NCBI GenBank assembly: GCA_050575255.1
Contig: JBNZDD010013666.1
Location: forward strand, 4,066,293-4,130,292
Direction of reading: 5' to 3'
DNA from: Harriotta raleighana
Lineage: Eukaryota
Length of the DNA: 64,000 nucleotides
Positions 9,801 to 24,170 of this stretch are shown piece by piece (positions within the stretch are counted from its first letter, which is position 1; every line of letters starts with the position of its first letter). Both the position numbers and the translations under genes were made by a program. The notes under the pieces are model-generated. The model was given only the letters and a program-made list of their open reading frames with translations, searched no databases and was not told where the DNA came from.

Positions 9801-12800
9801 TTTTTTCTTCCCCCAAAAATCTGTTACAAGACTGCTGCCAAGGGAGTACCTGCTCTCTCTCTCTCTAACACACACACAGTGTGTCGATGTCTTTTACCTC
9901 TTCTTAATTTTGTGTGTTGAAAAAAAAGTCAGCCACTGCAAACTTGAACATTTTCCTTCAAGTTAACCGCTGTGCTGTTAAAAAATGTGAATAAATGGCC
10001 AAATGATATAGATCCCCTATCCCTATTATTCTAAAGGGCTTAGTAAGCAAAGGTTTTATGAGTCTTATTTATTTTTTTAAGCCTGGCTTAAAGGAATTTA
10101 TTTAATAAGTTTAACCCAGAGCTTTATGATTGGTGAAATCTTCCAGGACAAACTCCCCGACTTTGAATTTCCATTTGTTAAAACCTGTTTGTATTGTGTG
10201 TGATTCAGAGCTTGAATAAATGTTCCAAAGAGAATCTGGTCGCTGCCAACAGGCAGTCTCTTGCTTTGTTTTACTCTACATATTTTTTTGAATTCTTATT
10301 TGGTGCAGCTTAGAAAGTCTAAGATGTAGAATATAAATAATCAACAAATTACTAGCGAGAGAAAATAACCGTGAATTAAGAATGGAGGGATTTGAATAAA
10401 TAAAGTGACGACAAAAAAGGGGACAATAAAGTAATTCTTTTTATTTTATAGACAAATTAGGCAAAGCTGAAGTTATTCATTTTGACATTCTGACTTGGCT
10501 TAAGATTTTATGTGACCTTTCACACAATCATACACGTCCGACTTGATACTTTCTCCGGAATGGAGAAGAAAAAACTTTGTGTACTCTAGTAGATAATGAA
10601 TAGCTCTTGAACACAGACTCAATACCATGTGAACAAGTCCAACATTTATTTACCTAAAAGTTGGGGGAAAGGGCATTTCAGGAACTGTTTCTTTTCCTGG
10701 CGATCAGTGTTCAGTGATCATTGTTGGAGAATAGTGTTTGGTGGGGGGTGGTGGGGGGCAGAGATGGGATAGGGCGTGGAGGTTGGAAGAAATCTTGTCA
10801 AACCCTTGGTCCGTGTAATTCTGTGCATATTGAGTTTTGGCTTTGGGATGAAAAACAAATGGCTCCTCAGATGCTTGCGATCAATGCCAGTGTTGCTTGT
10901 ACTATATTTTGTTTGTCTCCGCAGTGCTGTTTCATGTTTTGTCCCCTTTATTTTTTATTTCAAAGTGTTCTGTTCACAGTCAGTGGCCCAATTTAAATTT
11001 ACTGGTGTAGAATTCATGGCAAAGTGGGTGTCTATCTTGTCTAGTCCCTGTTTTATTTGAAAATGCCTCATTTCTCTGTAGGGGTACTATCTGTGTCTGG
11101 CAAAACATCTTTATTCTCATCAATTACTGCTCATTTGCCCTCTGTCTACATTTGTGCAATGTGTCTAGTCTACAGAGGCTGAGGGAGAGCTTGATGTTCA
11201 GTCAGTAAACCCACCAGGGAGACTCGGTCGGTGTCCTGAGCTCTCTCCGACAGCATGATAGCGCATACAATGAAGCAGACTACTGTCAAAAAGCAAGCTA
11301 GCATTACAGCACACAGTCATAATCACTTTTACCACTCAAAGCCAAACGATGTTCATTGTCAGAATAATTTTCGAACCAATTGCACATGAAGCATTTCTAT
11401 TGTTAAAAACTCACAGAACAGTTGCAAGCTTTTTTTTAAAAAAAAATGTTGTATTCTTCAGCACCATTTGTTTCCTGTCACAGCACTACCAGAATTCTCA
11501 ATTTACTAAATAAAAAATGAATACCACGAATACAATCAAACCTTTGGATATTGCTCCACAAATCCGTCGGCATATTATATTTACTGCAAGTCAATGGTAA
11601 ATCATTTTTAATTTGAAATCTCAACTGCTCTCTTATATCGCCACAGGGAAAAAAAATTAAAAATGAAAATTGACAATGTACTAAGAATTTCTTCAGGTAA
11701 AAGGATGCTTTTTTTTCATGCTTTTGAAATATTGCCTGGTAGCTTGGAAAGAGACAATGCTAAATTACCAACAAACTAGGGACATTTTCTTACTGTTCTT
11801 GAACGATGAAAAGTTTACAGTCTGTTATCTCCATTTCTTTCAACGCTTGAATATTGCAGTAAAATGAACTCTGCTATGTTAAGGTAAGCTAAGTATTAAT
11901 GTTGAACATGTGACACCAGCATTTGTAACCTATTAATTGATTAAATCATTTGAATGTTGTAAATCTATTCCAAGTGAAATGACCTTTCAGTTCTTGTGAA
12001 GTCAATATAACTTAGGTAAACAAAACTGGGAGAGAGAAAAATGGTAAGCTTCCCACATTAGTGACTGGGTGTAAGGAACACTGTGCCCTCATAGGGTTAA
12101 TGAGAGTTCATCTATAAACTGAAAAATGCTAATCTTGGCATTTAAGAGAGGCACAAAATGAAGGATGAATACCACAAGCATTTAAGGGTTAATAATACAT
12201 ATTTTTTCCAAAGCTAACGGCTCCTTGCAACAGGTTTGACTGTCACTTGACAGTTAGTGTTTTTTATTCACGAGTATCTTGTCTTTTTTTCCTTTTTGTG
12301 TGTGAAAACGGGTGGCAGCTGCTCTGGTGGGCTGGGTATCGCTAGTATAATGCAGTGTCTCGATTGTGTCTCTCTGCTTGTGTGCGAGAGGGAGAGAAAG
12401 AGCCATCCCTTTGTTCCCTTTGTGAGAGCCAGGTGACAGAGCCAGTGTTGAGAGGGCAGAAAAATAGCAACCGGCAGTTCTCTGGCAGCCGAGATCAAAG
12501 AAGAAGGCAGGAGGTCCTTTCAAATTGGGGGCCCTGGTGTTGAAGCTATAATCACAGCTTATGGCCAGCCAGTGTTTCTGAAAGATACTAGCCTGGAAAA
12601 GAAAAAAAACTTTCCGGGAACTGAGATAGTTAATTAAAACCAGCAAACAGGTGCCCTAACAGCAGCAGTGAATCAAACTATAAACTTTTACAATGGAACA
12701 GTTCCTTTAAAGGTACCCGTGGAAAAACAGCAAAAGATTTGGCTTCACCGAGCATGTGGCACATGCCATTTAGAAGCTCTGAGGCTTTCGGGAAGAATAT

Positions 12801-15294
12801 AAGCACTTACAGTTTGTTCAAGGAGCCTCGCAGATTTAATATATTAAAATGTCCCTTTCGCTTTTGCTGCCAGTCACGCAGCTGCTTTACTTTATTCAAA
12901 AACAAGGCTGTGGTTAATGCAAAATCAGCAGTGGCGCAGGGCTTATAAGAAAAAGATCAATCATGGAGTAGGGTGATAAATTAGACACATCAGCGAAAGA
13001 GAACACCTTAAATGGAGCTGGCTTGGTGAGGGGGAATGCGCGTTGAAAGTGGTGGCTGCTTGTATTTTTCAATAAATAGAAACATCACATTGAATGGAGT
13101 AAAGGAACCATTTGCGTTTAGAAAGCAGTAAATCCTTTTTACCCAAATTTTAATAGTATCATGTACAATTTTACAGCCATAGTGATAAACATTCACAGCC
13201 GAAAACAGCTCCTCTATTAATGTTATACATTGGTCAAAGGAAAACCATAGATGCTTTTTAAAATAAATCTTCCAACTTTGGTAAAGCATTTTGTGGTTTT
13301 CAATAGAATCTAAGAAATGATGTGTCGTCTCCTCTTATGCATTTGATGGAAGGATGTAAAGTCTAAAATAAGATGAGTGAGTTTATTTCTGGATGGTTTC
13401 TTGTTGCGATTATTATGTAAAGTGAAATTTTAAAAGTAATTAGGGCACAGACAACAGGTCACTGAGCTACTAATCGCACAAGAAACTCAGCAATGAATTC
13501 ACCCTGGCTAAAATGCACTCATCCATTTCCCTCTCAGTAAGACAGCTCATCATTTACATTTCTGATAGACAAGATTCTCAGTCCGCTTCAACCCACTTAT
13601 TCAACAGTGGAACAAATGCAGGGAAAGTTGGCATCCATGTTAACCAAGCAGTGACTTCACCACTTGCCGGTTGAAGTGGCATTCGGGTCAGTGAGGAGGG
13701 ATATTTTGGGGGGGAAATTTAAACCAAATAAAAATTCTTAGAAAATAAATTAATAGACCCACCACCCACACCTATGATCCCGGCACACACACTTCCAATT
13801 TTATATATTGCACTCATGACACTGAATAAAGCAGTTCTTCATCTGGGGGATAAACTGTAAAACTTTAATTTCGTAAGGAAACTGACTAAATGGTTGAAAT
13901 TATAACTACAGTACTCCATTTGTTTATGAATGAAATTTTGTGCTGGAATAGTTCAGCAAGTTGAGATCCTTGTAGTTTTTCCTAGAGTCATGGTTCTAAT
14001 TATTAAAGTGCCCTCATAACCAGGAATTAATTGCTACAAGGCCTGAAGTATTTTTGAAAATTTATTCTCAAAAATTTATGCAGCAGTTTTGAATAAAAAG
14101 ATGGTTACAGAGCCCTTGTCTCCAATACTATAGCAATAATCTGAGCAGTTGAGCACCTGTACATTAATGAATCCTGTTTTCTTGATACCGCTCTGTGATA
14201 AATTAATTGTATTGATGACTAGCTTTATTATGAGTGCAGTGGCAGTGCTTGTAATCTTTACTGCAGTTTTCGGTTCTCTTTTCTCACTTTTTTGTTTCAA
14301 ACTGTGTCTAGTAATTACAGGCATGTTAGCATATATGGGGAGTATGATATGATTTATCCTGCACAGACAGTCATGACACAGCTGTTTGGAAGATAAAATA
14401 GTAAACCGTGTAGCTACAAAATGCTCTCCTTATTATACCTCATTAAAAGCAGGCTGCGATAAGTCAGCTAGGCAATGAATAAAATCTGTTCCTATGTGGA
14501 AAGCAGATATCTGAGCACCTTCAGAGCTGTTTTGTGTGTGTATCTGTCTGTGTTTGTACCATGATAACAGCTTGGAGCAGAAAAATGATGTCTTCTTTTC
14601 TTTTTTTACCTTGTCTATTAGTGAAAGCAGATAGCATGTAGTGATTCACAGTAACTAGTAAATCTTTCGGAATTGACAGAACACAAAATTTGGTCTGTAG
14701 GATTGTTCTAAGTACTGTTGGGATGTGTCAATTTGACCTTTATTTGCCCAATTGGATTAAAATTTGTTGTCATTTTGTTCCCCTTATTTTCACGTTAAAG
14801 ATCTGTTTTGAAATCTGTAGGATAGAAAAAGTTGTTTATCTCTAGTTTAAATATGTGAAAATGTGGTATTTTTATGTTTGCATTCATTCCAATAATTATC
14901 CAAGGAAGATTATTGTAAAAAGCTAAAATTATTTAGACTTTTTCACAATAGTAAATGACTGCTTCGGAATGAGTATTTGTGTGCAGTGCTTTGATACTAT
15001 GAATTATTTTTATACAAAGTAGGACATTAGTATTCTTGACATAAATAGACATAAGAGTGATTTTCTCACTGTCACATAACACATATTGGTATCTGTAAAG
15101 ATGTACAATATAAATATGATATACAGATTCAAGAAACAAGTGTCTTCCTACCATGTATGGCTCATTTTTTGTGAACCAATATAGAAAGTAACTCTCTCCC
15201 TAACAGGTGTGAGTATCGGTTGTTTATTAACACATTTTTAAAGTAAGAAGATTGAATCTCTTTGTGTCCTACGTGGTGCACTGGCATTTTATAC

Positions 15295-15720
15295 GAAAGA
15301 ATATACACAGTGTGAAGAGAACACTCAGTCCAAATGGAAATATGTAATTAAGGAGCATATAAGGATACTCAGCTTGAATACGGATGAGTATAGTGATGAA
15401 GGATACTTGGAGTGAATGAGAATACACAGAGTGAGGACACTCGGCATAAGTAAAGATATGTAGAGTGAATAAGGATGCGCACAGTGAACAAGGTTGTACT
15501 GAGTAGGTGTGTGTAGAGAATAAGGATGTGTGAAGCGAACAAGAGTGTTGACATCAAACAAGGATATACAGATTAAAGGTGTGCAGAATGAATAAGGATG
15601 TATGGAATGAATAAGGATGCGCATAGTGAATAAGAATGTTTGGAGTGAGGATACGCTGAGCGAATGTAGATTCACTAGGTGTACAGTTGCACATACAAAC
15701 ACTATAGATGAAAAAAACAA
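15295..15720. repeat. Degenerate minisatellite, unit about 19-20 bp (GTGAATAAGGATGYRCANA)
   Basis: Repeated gaataaggatg / gaacaagg / gaggatac cores. Confidence 0.75.
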
Positions 15721-18700
15721 GCTTTTTTTCATCTGCACTGCAAATGATCAAATTTCTTAATCAAATTGCTTCAGAATTACTCAAAACAAATAATGAACTA
15801 GAAATCTGATTGTTTAATTCAATTTAGTTCAATATGTTTAGGTAGTATTCCTCCTGAAGTGGTGCAAAAATGCCTTCATTTGTAGTTAAAAATGTTGTAT
15901 TTACAATCAACTATGAAGTCATTTTAAAGCAACGTCCACTTTTGTTAAACTTGTCGTATTTTGCTTGTCCAGCGTTTCTTATGTTTTTAAATAAAACTTT
16001 GTAATGAAATAAAGTTTTCAAAAGAAAAGGTTAGAAACAGGTGTGCTGTGCAAAGCTTTTGCAGCATTGGGTGTCACAAGCTGGCCTTGCTGCAAAGTGC
16101 AAAATGACAATCTTTAACTGTATAGCTGAGGAGCTTGGAAGTTGCTGTAAAGGCTATTAGAAAAACCGACTATGAGTAAACATTGGTATCAAACTGAATG
16201 ACACGAGCAGTGCCTAAGGGCCTTGCAGGGTTAAACTGATCAACCTTGGGTTTGCAAAATCATGGTGGTGGGGGGGGGGGGGCGGGGGGTAATGAGAACA
16301 AATCAAGTATTGACTGTTTGCGCAATTTCACCTTTGTTCAGTAGATTATCGTAGTGCAGTTCAGTAAGTAATGAGGGTTCCAGCTCCAAATAAATACAGC
16401 TTCCCTGGGCGGATGGTTGATTTTGCGCACTCTCCGAGATTGATAATTTGATGAAATTAAAACGTAATCAAGCATAGTTGCATTCTACCTTTGAATAATT
16501 TAATACTTAACCGCTCCCTTAGAACTGCAGTCCTTCACTGCAACCGAGACGTATGCCAACACCGAGGATCATTTTGAACTTGTACTTTATTAACTGCTAC
16601 CGGTTTATTTTTAATTACAAAAAGCTTTTTAATTTTTTTCTTCTTCTCTAAAGGTTTATCATTCAGTATTTTTTTAAAAAAAAGGTTTAGAGATGGGATT
16701 TAAATATGACTCCACACCACTTTTGCCAAGAGCTACATCAAGTTGCATTGAATACACCCTCTGTAGTTGGAATTAATCTGCAGTGGTGTTCAAACCTTTG
16801 TCCCTAGCTGTAAGTCTGTGGTTTTATTAACTCTGTTTGGAGAGTGTCAAAAGAGTCTTAAAGACATTCCATTGAATTTAAATCAGTTTTAACACTACAA
16901 GTCATACAGTAGCAACATTATTATGAACTGTGGTGCTAAATACAACCAAGGTCTTCAACAAGATTCTTTTCAGGAACAAAAAAGCAAGTGAAAAATAAAG
17001 TTTGAAAACTATCCACACAGTATTGAAAAGCATGGTTTGATGTTTATACTGGTTCCGTATTTAACAGAATAAACTAAGAAGTTTACCTCTAAATACTAAG
17101 TACAGTACTTCATTTTGATGAGCACTTATATTTTCAACACATCCTCTTAAATGGAAAACATGCAAATGCATTTTTTTAGTCAATCACAAATTAGCTAGCT
17201 GTTGCAGACATTCTTTTACAAAGCTGTATATTGATGTAACCAATGTTACTTGAAACACAGTTTACTACAAACCCATTACAATTACTCAGGATACATTTCC
17301 CCCGGATTATTTAAGTTGATTTGTAACCCATTTATATTTTCACAAGAAGACCCAATACATGATTTAGTTCTTTAGTTTAAAGGATTGTTTTGCATTGAAT
17401 ATTTAGAGAAAAATTGTTTAATAGTTAAATTGTCAAAATGTCTGATGTATTTTCCAAGCTTTCTTTTTGCAAGTTCACTTAGCATCATCGTAAAATCAGT
17501 TTGCAGTCTTTCATATACATGCATAGAAGTAAAAAACTAGACTCAACTTGCAAGCAAATATTTCTAGACTGCGCAGTGACTAACAGTGTCATTATAACAT
17601 CAAGTGGGAACACTTTTTATCCCATTTTTAAAAAGGGGTCCAGTAAGTATTCCTTGGGGAGCATGAGAACTAATTTAATCAAAAAGGCTGGCATAATTTC
17701 CAAATTGATTATAGTATGGTGGAAGAGACAAAAACATGATACGCATTTTATTACTGTATATTCAACTCTATCATCTGTATAAACTTAGCAATCCGTAAAC
17801 TTCGGAAGACAAGGCAATGTACCAAAGTACTGGTTACAGTGAAAACGTATTCTCCAAGCTTCTTCACAAGGCTTAAAAAATTATTATTTAAATAAATTGG
17901 AAGGACTTTAAGCCATCTCAACGATATGATAAGGTGCTATATCAAATGCAAGGATTATTATCACAAAAATAAAATCAGAACAGTAAATGACTAGAATTTT
18001 CCATTTGAAAAGAGATTATAGGTGATCGTAACCAAATGGGGCGGCATTTCTGAATTGAGCTGCTGAATATTGATGTGTCTGCACATCAATGTGTCTGCAC
18101 CTTGCTTCAGCTCCTACAAACAGCCACTAACAAATGCCTTTCAGTTGAGGGTTGGGGTAGAAAGCCCAAAATAGTTAGGAACTCCAACGTCTGCTGATTT
18201 TAAGACAAAGTTTTTACCTCTACATTTTATTAAAACAAAATCATTACAACTAGAGAGAGAGTTTCAATCCTCAGGAATGTCTTTCTATTTTTAATTGTTT
18301 CCAATAGCTTCACTGGATCAAAGGATGTTTATTTCATTACACTGTTTTTGTGAAATGGAGAAATAGCTCGGTTATTTACAATCAAAAATACAACTAAGTA
18401 TCATTTCAACAAAATCATTTGTAATTCCATTCTTCTTCATTCATATTGATTGTGGAAAGTTTTAAATGGTTAATCAGATAGAATCTACATATGTGAGATC
18501 CAAAGGCAATGATGAAGCACCTTATGATCCATGGATACCTAACATTTCTGTTGTGGATGTAAAATAAACCAATGGTCATACAGAAAAGAAGACAAAAGAA
18601 AAACCTCTGGTTGTACCTTTAACTTTGAATCTTGCGGAAAACAAATGTGAGATAAGAGCAATGAAATTGATAGGATTTGGTCTTGATATTTCACAGCCCA

Positions 18701-21449
18701 GGAGACACAGGCATTTGTTGAAAAGCATAAGGGTTTTGACGGTTGCCACTTCTTTTGCAAATTACATGAGGATTCAAGAGGCTAAAATGACACACTGGGT
18801 CTGTGCTGTGCATCTGAGTGGTTGGCTTATTATGTCTGCCTCTCGTCTCTCCGAGTGTGGAGAGAGAGCGAGAGGAAGAGCCCTGAAGTTCTACTAATTT
18901 CTTGCTCATTTGACAGATTGCAGAGCAGTGAAATGGTAGGATGGACTCCCACGGAGACAACACAGCTATAACCAGGGGATAGTTTGTGTAGCAATTGTTT
19001 GCTCTGACCCTCAAAAGCTCCTGATCTGTAACCGTGAAATCTCTAATCTCATGGTGGCAGGAGGGAGGAGTAGGAATCTACACATTCCACCGGCAAAAAA
19101 ATTATTAGAATCTTGGCTTATCTTGTCTAATAATCATATGCTTTCATCTGCATCGAATGTTTAGTGCTTTCACGGATCTGTGCCTAATTTATTCAGACGA
19201 TATTCTATTAGCAGACTCAAAAGTCCAATACAATATAAATAGATTAGAGTTTACTAAAACATTACTAGTGTTATTTAAAATATGTTTAGAATGTAAACCT
19301 CCAGTCCAAAATGTGTTCATATGTAAAAAACAGAAACTATACTGAATTATTTGAATCAATGTTGATTAGGTGGAGGAATTTTTTTTAAAATCCTACAAAA
19401 TGAAAATGATTTTTTTGGATCAATTTTCCTCGAGAATAAAATAAAGCAGAAATAAACTCTTTACTTGGTAAACTCTCTAAATGTCAATTTTTTTTTCAAG
19501 TTACATATTACAATTCTGCTTTCAATGATTTTCTAGTTAAATTTTTTTTAAATTAAAAAGTTCTTGCCCTTTGCATCAGCTTCATGCTGTTGTTGGCCGC
19601 CCTGCAATGGTGTGTTAAAATTCTATTTTCTGTAGCTTTATTTTTGTTAAATCATTTAACTTAAAATCCCAGCTCCCCCAACCTACTGTTTGCTTACTCT
19701 CTCTTTTTAACAAATGTTTGAACTGTTGCGTGAAAAAAGGGGATAGAAGGGGAAAAAAATAGGTGCAGATGGTGTAGTGTTTTTGATGGCCTTCATGCAA
19801 CCGAGGGGTGTTTTCCCTTATTCTCCATTGTGTAGAAGTTTCTCGAGTGGGTGTGAACGCTCTCCTCTCTGTCTCACTTTGTCTTTTTCTCCTCAATGCA
19901 CACTTTCAAGCCTTTCCCCTTGTTAAGTCCAGTGTGCAGTGCCGTGAATTAAAAATGAGTTGGGAGAGATGCTATAAAATAAACTCCCTGCAATAGTGGG
20001 TGGCCATCCAGCACCCAGACAGAGCTAAACGTGGAAAACAAGATTCATGTAAAACACCGTTTCCTTTTAAATAGAAGATGGAAAACAATCTTTACTTTTT
20101 TTTTAGCAGTTTAGAGGTTTTTTTTTAAGTGGATTTGTTTCAAAGATCCTGTGTTAAAATACAATGTGGTATGGACTGGGCATCAAACGGTTTTCAAGCA
20201 CAGCATTTCAGTGGGTGTTTTTTGTGTGTCTGCAGCATAAATAATGGTAACTTTATGGTTATTAGGTGCAAGTGAAGACACAGTGGCATACAAGTGGAGA
20301 ACACCAGCTCGCCTTCAAAAGAAACAGCCTGGCATAAAATGTTCTTATAATTGCATTACTGTGGGGTTTAGTCTTTTTTTGTGTCTGATTTGTCCCTTAA
20401 GCCAGCGTAACGCTTCTGCTGCTGAAGGAGAATGTGAACTGCAAATCGTAGGCAGAGCGTGAATGACACTACATGGTACACTGCTGCTTTATTTTAAAAT
20501 TATTTCTCTCCAGCCTCCCCTGCCACTGCCATTCAGCTACATTGCCTCCTACCTCCCTACTGTCTCTTAGCCCCCCCAACACACACAAACACACACATGC
20601 ACATACCCTGGCAAGACAAGAAGCTCCACAACTACATCTCCTTGATTCGGTGTCTGGTTGAACTTGTGCATCACAGTTGGCAGCTATCTCAACCACATAA
20701 CAAGGGGAGATTGCATCTCTCAAGTGAAGAACGTTCCTTGGATGTGAAGTATTGGTTTTGGGAAGGTTAAGAGGGGCCATGGCAACATGAGGATTTCAAG
20801 CAACATATCCAGCTATAATCTGACAAGATGCTGTTTTTTTGCAGCCTCTAACACTTTGCCCAGGAAGGATTTTCTGGAGTGGTTTTTTTTGTGTGTGCTG
20901 GGCTGGTGGGGGAGAGAAAAGAAGGTTCTAGAGAAAAAAAATGATTTCTAACATTTTCTTTTGCCTGGATTATGAGAGTGACCCTCAAATCTGAATATTG
21001 ATCCCCATTCCTAAAGGGAAGACTTTACATTTCGTACTTCTTCCTTAGAACTTGATAGTAAATTGTTTGGTCAAAACTTGTTTTGGTTCATTTTTACTAA
21101 TCTGGATTAATCTTTAAATTTAAGAATAATGAGAATGTTTTGTGTGGTTTGGAAAAAATAACACTCGGAAAACTTATCATTATTCTATTTAAACAAGTGT
21201 AGCTCCTTCTGTTTCCTTTGTTTTCTCACTGCTTTCTCCACCCTGAGTGGGGCTGTCCCAATAGCGTTCTCAATTAGTTATTGAGAATTTAGCTATTTCC
21301 TCCAATCTAATTTCATTCTTTGGAAGGGCGGCATCTAGTTTCTGCTTTCTACTCACAACATGACACCAATCTATCATCCCACTGAGGAAACTTTCTGAAC
21401 AAAACCATTCTCTCCTTTTAATGGTTGTGGCTGAATATACCATCTGGTT

Positions 21450-21750
21450 TGGAACTGAGCCATACAGATCGAGAAAGTTCCAGGATCCTTTTCTGTGCAG
21501 AATTAGTTGACTTTAGCCAGAGTGGCAGTGTGACACTATAATTGCTCTCAGCATCTCTTTGCTAGGTAAGAGTGAACCCAAGTAGATTTCTGTCCTGATT
21601 GCTTTCCACTGATCCTTATGATATACGAGTACTTGGACATTTGGTGATGCCAGGATCATGTTTTAGCTATAATACTAACTGTGATCACGGCTTTTAGGTC
21701 ACATATGAGCAATGGCCACTTAGGTGAGAGTCTGGACAATTGTTGGGAGT
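21450..21750 (+). mobile_element. Old SINE-like dispersed repeat (family B)
   Basis: actgagccatacaga...aatggccacttaggtgag. Diverged relatives lie at 33790, 52715 and 62880. Confidence 0.6.
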
Positions 21751-23471
21751 CCATAGAAGCATATCTCAGTATGACTCACTGGAAAAGATTGTATTAGGAA
21801 GGTTACAGAAAAGACTGATGGGACTGATCCTGAGTGTAACTGGAGTGACATGATTGAACTCACTTTCTTTGGCTATGGAATGCTTTGCATTTTCTGTGTA
21901 TTATAGAATGGCGAGGTTTCTGGGTAGGATTGTGCTGGAGAGGGATAGCTAGTAAAAGCACAAGTGTACTTGTCTCAATTGTTTTGCACTTTCAAATCAG
22001 AAGAGAGGTTTTCTCTGCTATCTGGAGATATTTCAGGGGTGTGAATTTTCTTTCTTATGGCAGTTTGCTCTCTCTTAACACTTCCATCAAGCTTTTCTAT
22101 TTTTTGGTTTCTAATTTCTGGTAGTGTGATACATAACACATAAGCTACTGCACAGTGTGCATGCTCTACTTGCCACTCAGCCAGTAACACTATAGTATTG
22201 CCTGATTCATTTAAATGTACTTTACACATATATGATTTACAAAATGTAGTGGATTGCTTCCAATTGCTAGTCAAGGCTTTGAGCATGCTCCCCAATAAAT
22301 AGAATCAATCCCTGAAACTTGCTTCACTGTAAAGATTTTGCTCAAACACTTGAACATGAATCATACTGTTTTTGTTTATTTTTAACGTTTGACAATTTCT
22401 GTTTCTCATTTTACAAAGTCAATAACATTTAAGCCAGCCAAAATGGAAGTCCTGTACTTAAAGACACAAGAGAAGAGAAAAACAAAGAGAGATATTTTTT
22501 CTAAAAGAATTAGATTGTGTTCAAATATTAACTCTTTGAGTGTGTGAGTAATTCATTTTTCTTTTCATCTGGGTTACATCGCTATTCGTTCTTCTTTGAA
22601 AGGCTTGACATTCACCTTGACTCTTGAGGGATTTTTAAAACAAATTAAAAGGAGAGATAATGTTAAGATACCAGATTTGGGTTGTATTGAAGGTTAAGAG
22701 GGTCTATAATCAGAGTGGATCTCAGCATATCAAGCCAGGGAGTGTGGAAATGCCACCAAAGTTTTCTGCTAAAGTGGCCATCACGCCTTGACAGTCATAA
22801 TGTGGCCTGTCTTCTGACCCTTAAATGCACTCAAAAGGATCAGGTTTTCTGTATTATCCAAGAGACTGAAAAGAGCCAAGTAAAATGGGGCTTTTGTTAA
22901 TTCTCTCCTTTTTTAAAAAAATCTAGTGATGACTGCTGTTTTTTTATTGGTAGGAGACAGTGGCGGCTGACTGTTAGCAAGCCATCTGTGCCAGAGTTTA
23001 GGTCAATGTATGTGAAAATTATACAGCACTTGGAAAATAAATCTTTTTAACCACTGATATTCACCACACCATTTTAACTCCTTCGTCGGTCTATCGCTTC
23101 AATAGAAAGGTGCTGCACCCCACTCATGTTTGCTTGTGAAGACTAAGCTTCAAGTTCACTTACTTTGTTTATATTTATTTGTATGTGGTGCTTTGTTACA
23201 GTGTTTTCCAACCCCTCCTGTATTTCTGCCATTTTGTCTCGCCTTGGAGGCTGCTCATCCCGACATATGTTCTTTGAATAGGATAGGCAGAACATAGTGG
23301 GTCCACTAACTTATCCATGACTGGCTTAATTAACATTACTGTCCTTTGACTGGCTGGCAATATGCAAGGCATAAAGTAGGCAAGAGTCAAAGCGTTAGTC
23401 GCCTGACTAACTTTCCCCTCATGCCTTGCCTGTCCCCCGCCCTAAACCATTGAAAGCCTCAACTATGTCAG

Positions 23472-23487
23472 GCTCCATCTAGTGGCC
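23472..23487 (-). promoter_or_regulatory. CTCF-like binding site
   Basis: The minus strand reads GGCCACTAGATGGAGC, close to the CCACYAGRKGGCRS core. Confidence 0.6.
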
Positions 23488-24089
23488 TGGCTAAGATTGA
23501 TCAATCTGATTGGCCCCTTCCATTGGAACCCACATAATTTATTGGTCCAATAAATCAATTAAACTGAAATTCTTCCATGTTGGTTGAATTGATAATGTAG
23601 TAGACAATGCAGCAAAATCATATACACTTGGATTCAGGCTGCAAATCGAATAAGTCTCCAGCACTGTCATAACCAGTGAGTCTTGTGAAGTCTCATAGAA
23701 GGTGTTAATATATTTACACTTAAAAGGGAAATTCATAGTTCTTAAACTATTAGAAATGGGAAGATTTCAGTGGTTTACCTTATGCATTTGCATTACTGGC
23801 ACTGATGCCATTGCTATTTCCAGCGGTGCATTCCTGATACAATGATATCATTAGCTGGCTAGTCTGCATTCATGCAGCTTGGTTTTCCAGAAAAGAACTT
23901 CTGGTGTCTTACCACAAGGCAAACCAAAGGAACAGATCAGCAACTTGTCGTCTCGTGATACCCAACACAGCAAGTGTAGGCCAAGACTGGGGTTTGTAGC
24001 TGCGACCCAAAGTCTGTGTACTCAGGATGCTCTCAAGACTTTTAAGGAGGTTCTGGAACAAAACTGACCTTATTCCCCTTGTGAATTGT

Positions 24090-24170
24090 TATAATAATCC
24101 TTGCATTTGATAGAGTGCCTTATCATGTCATTGAGTTGTTTTAAAGTGCTTTCCAGAATATACTGTCATT
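24090..24170 (-). mobile_element. SINE 3' fragment
   Basis: aataatccttgcatttgatagagtgccttatcatgtc. Confidence 0.7.

Noticed and set aside
11456-11480. REST/NRSE half-site TTCAGCACCA
   Set aside because: The GGACAG right half is absent.
15295-15720. Regularly spaced repeats that might suggest a CRISPR-like array
   Set aside because: Eukaryotic context, degenerate units and no unique spacers. It is a minisatellite.
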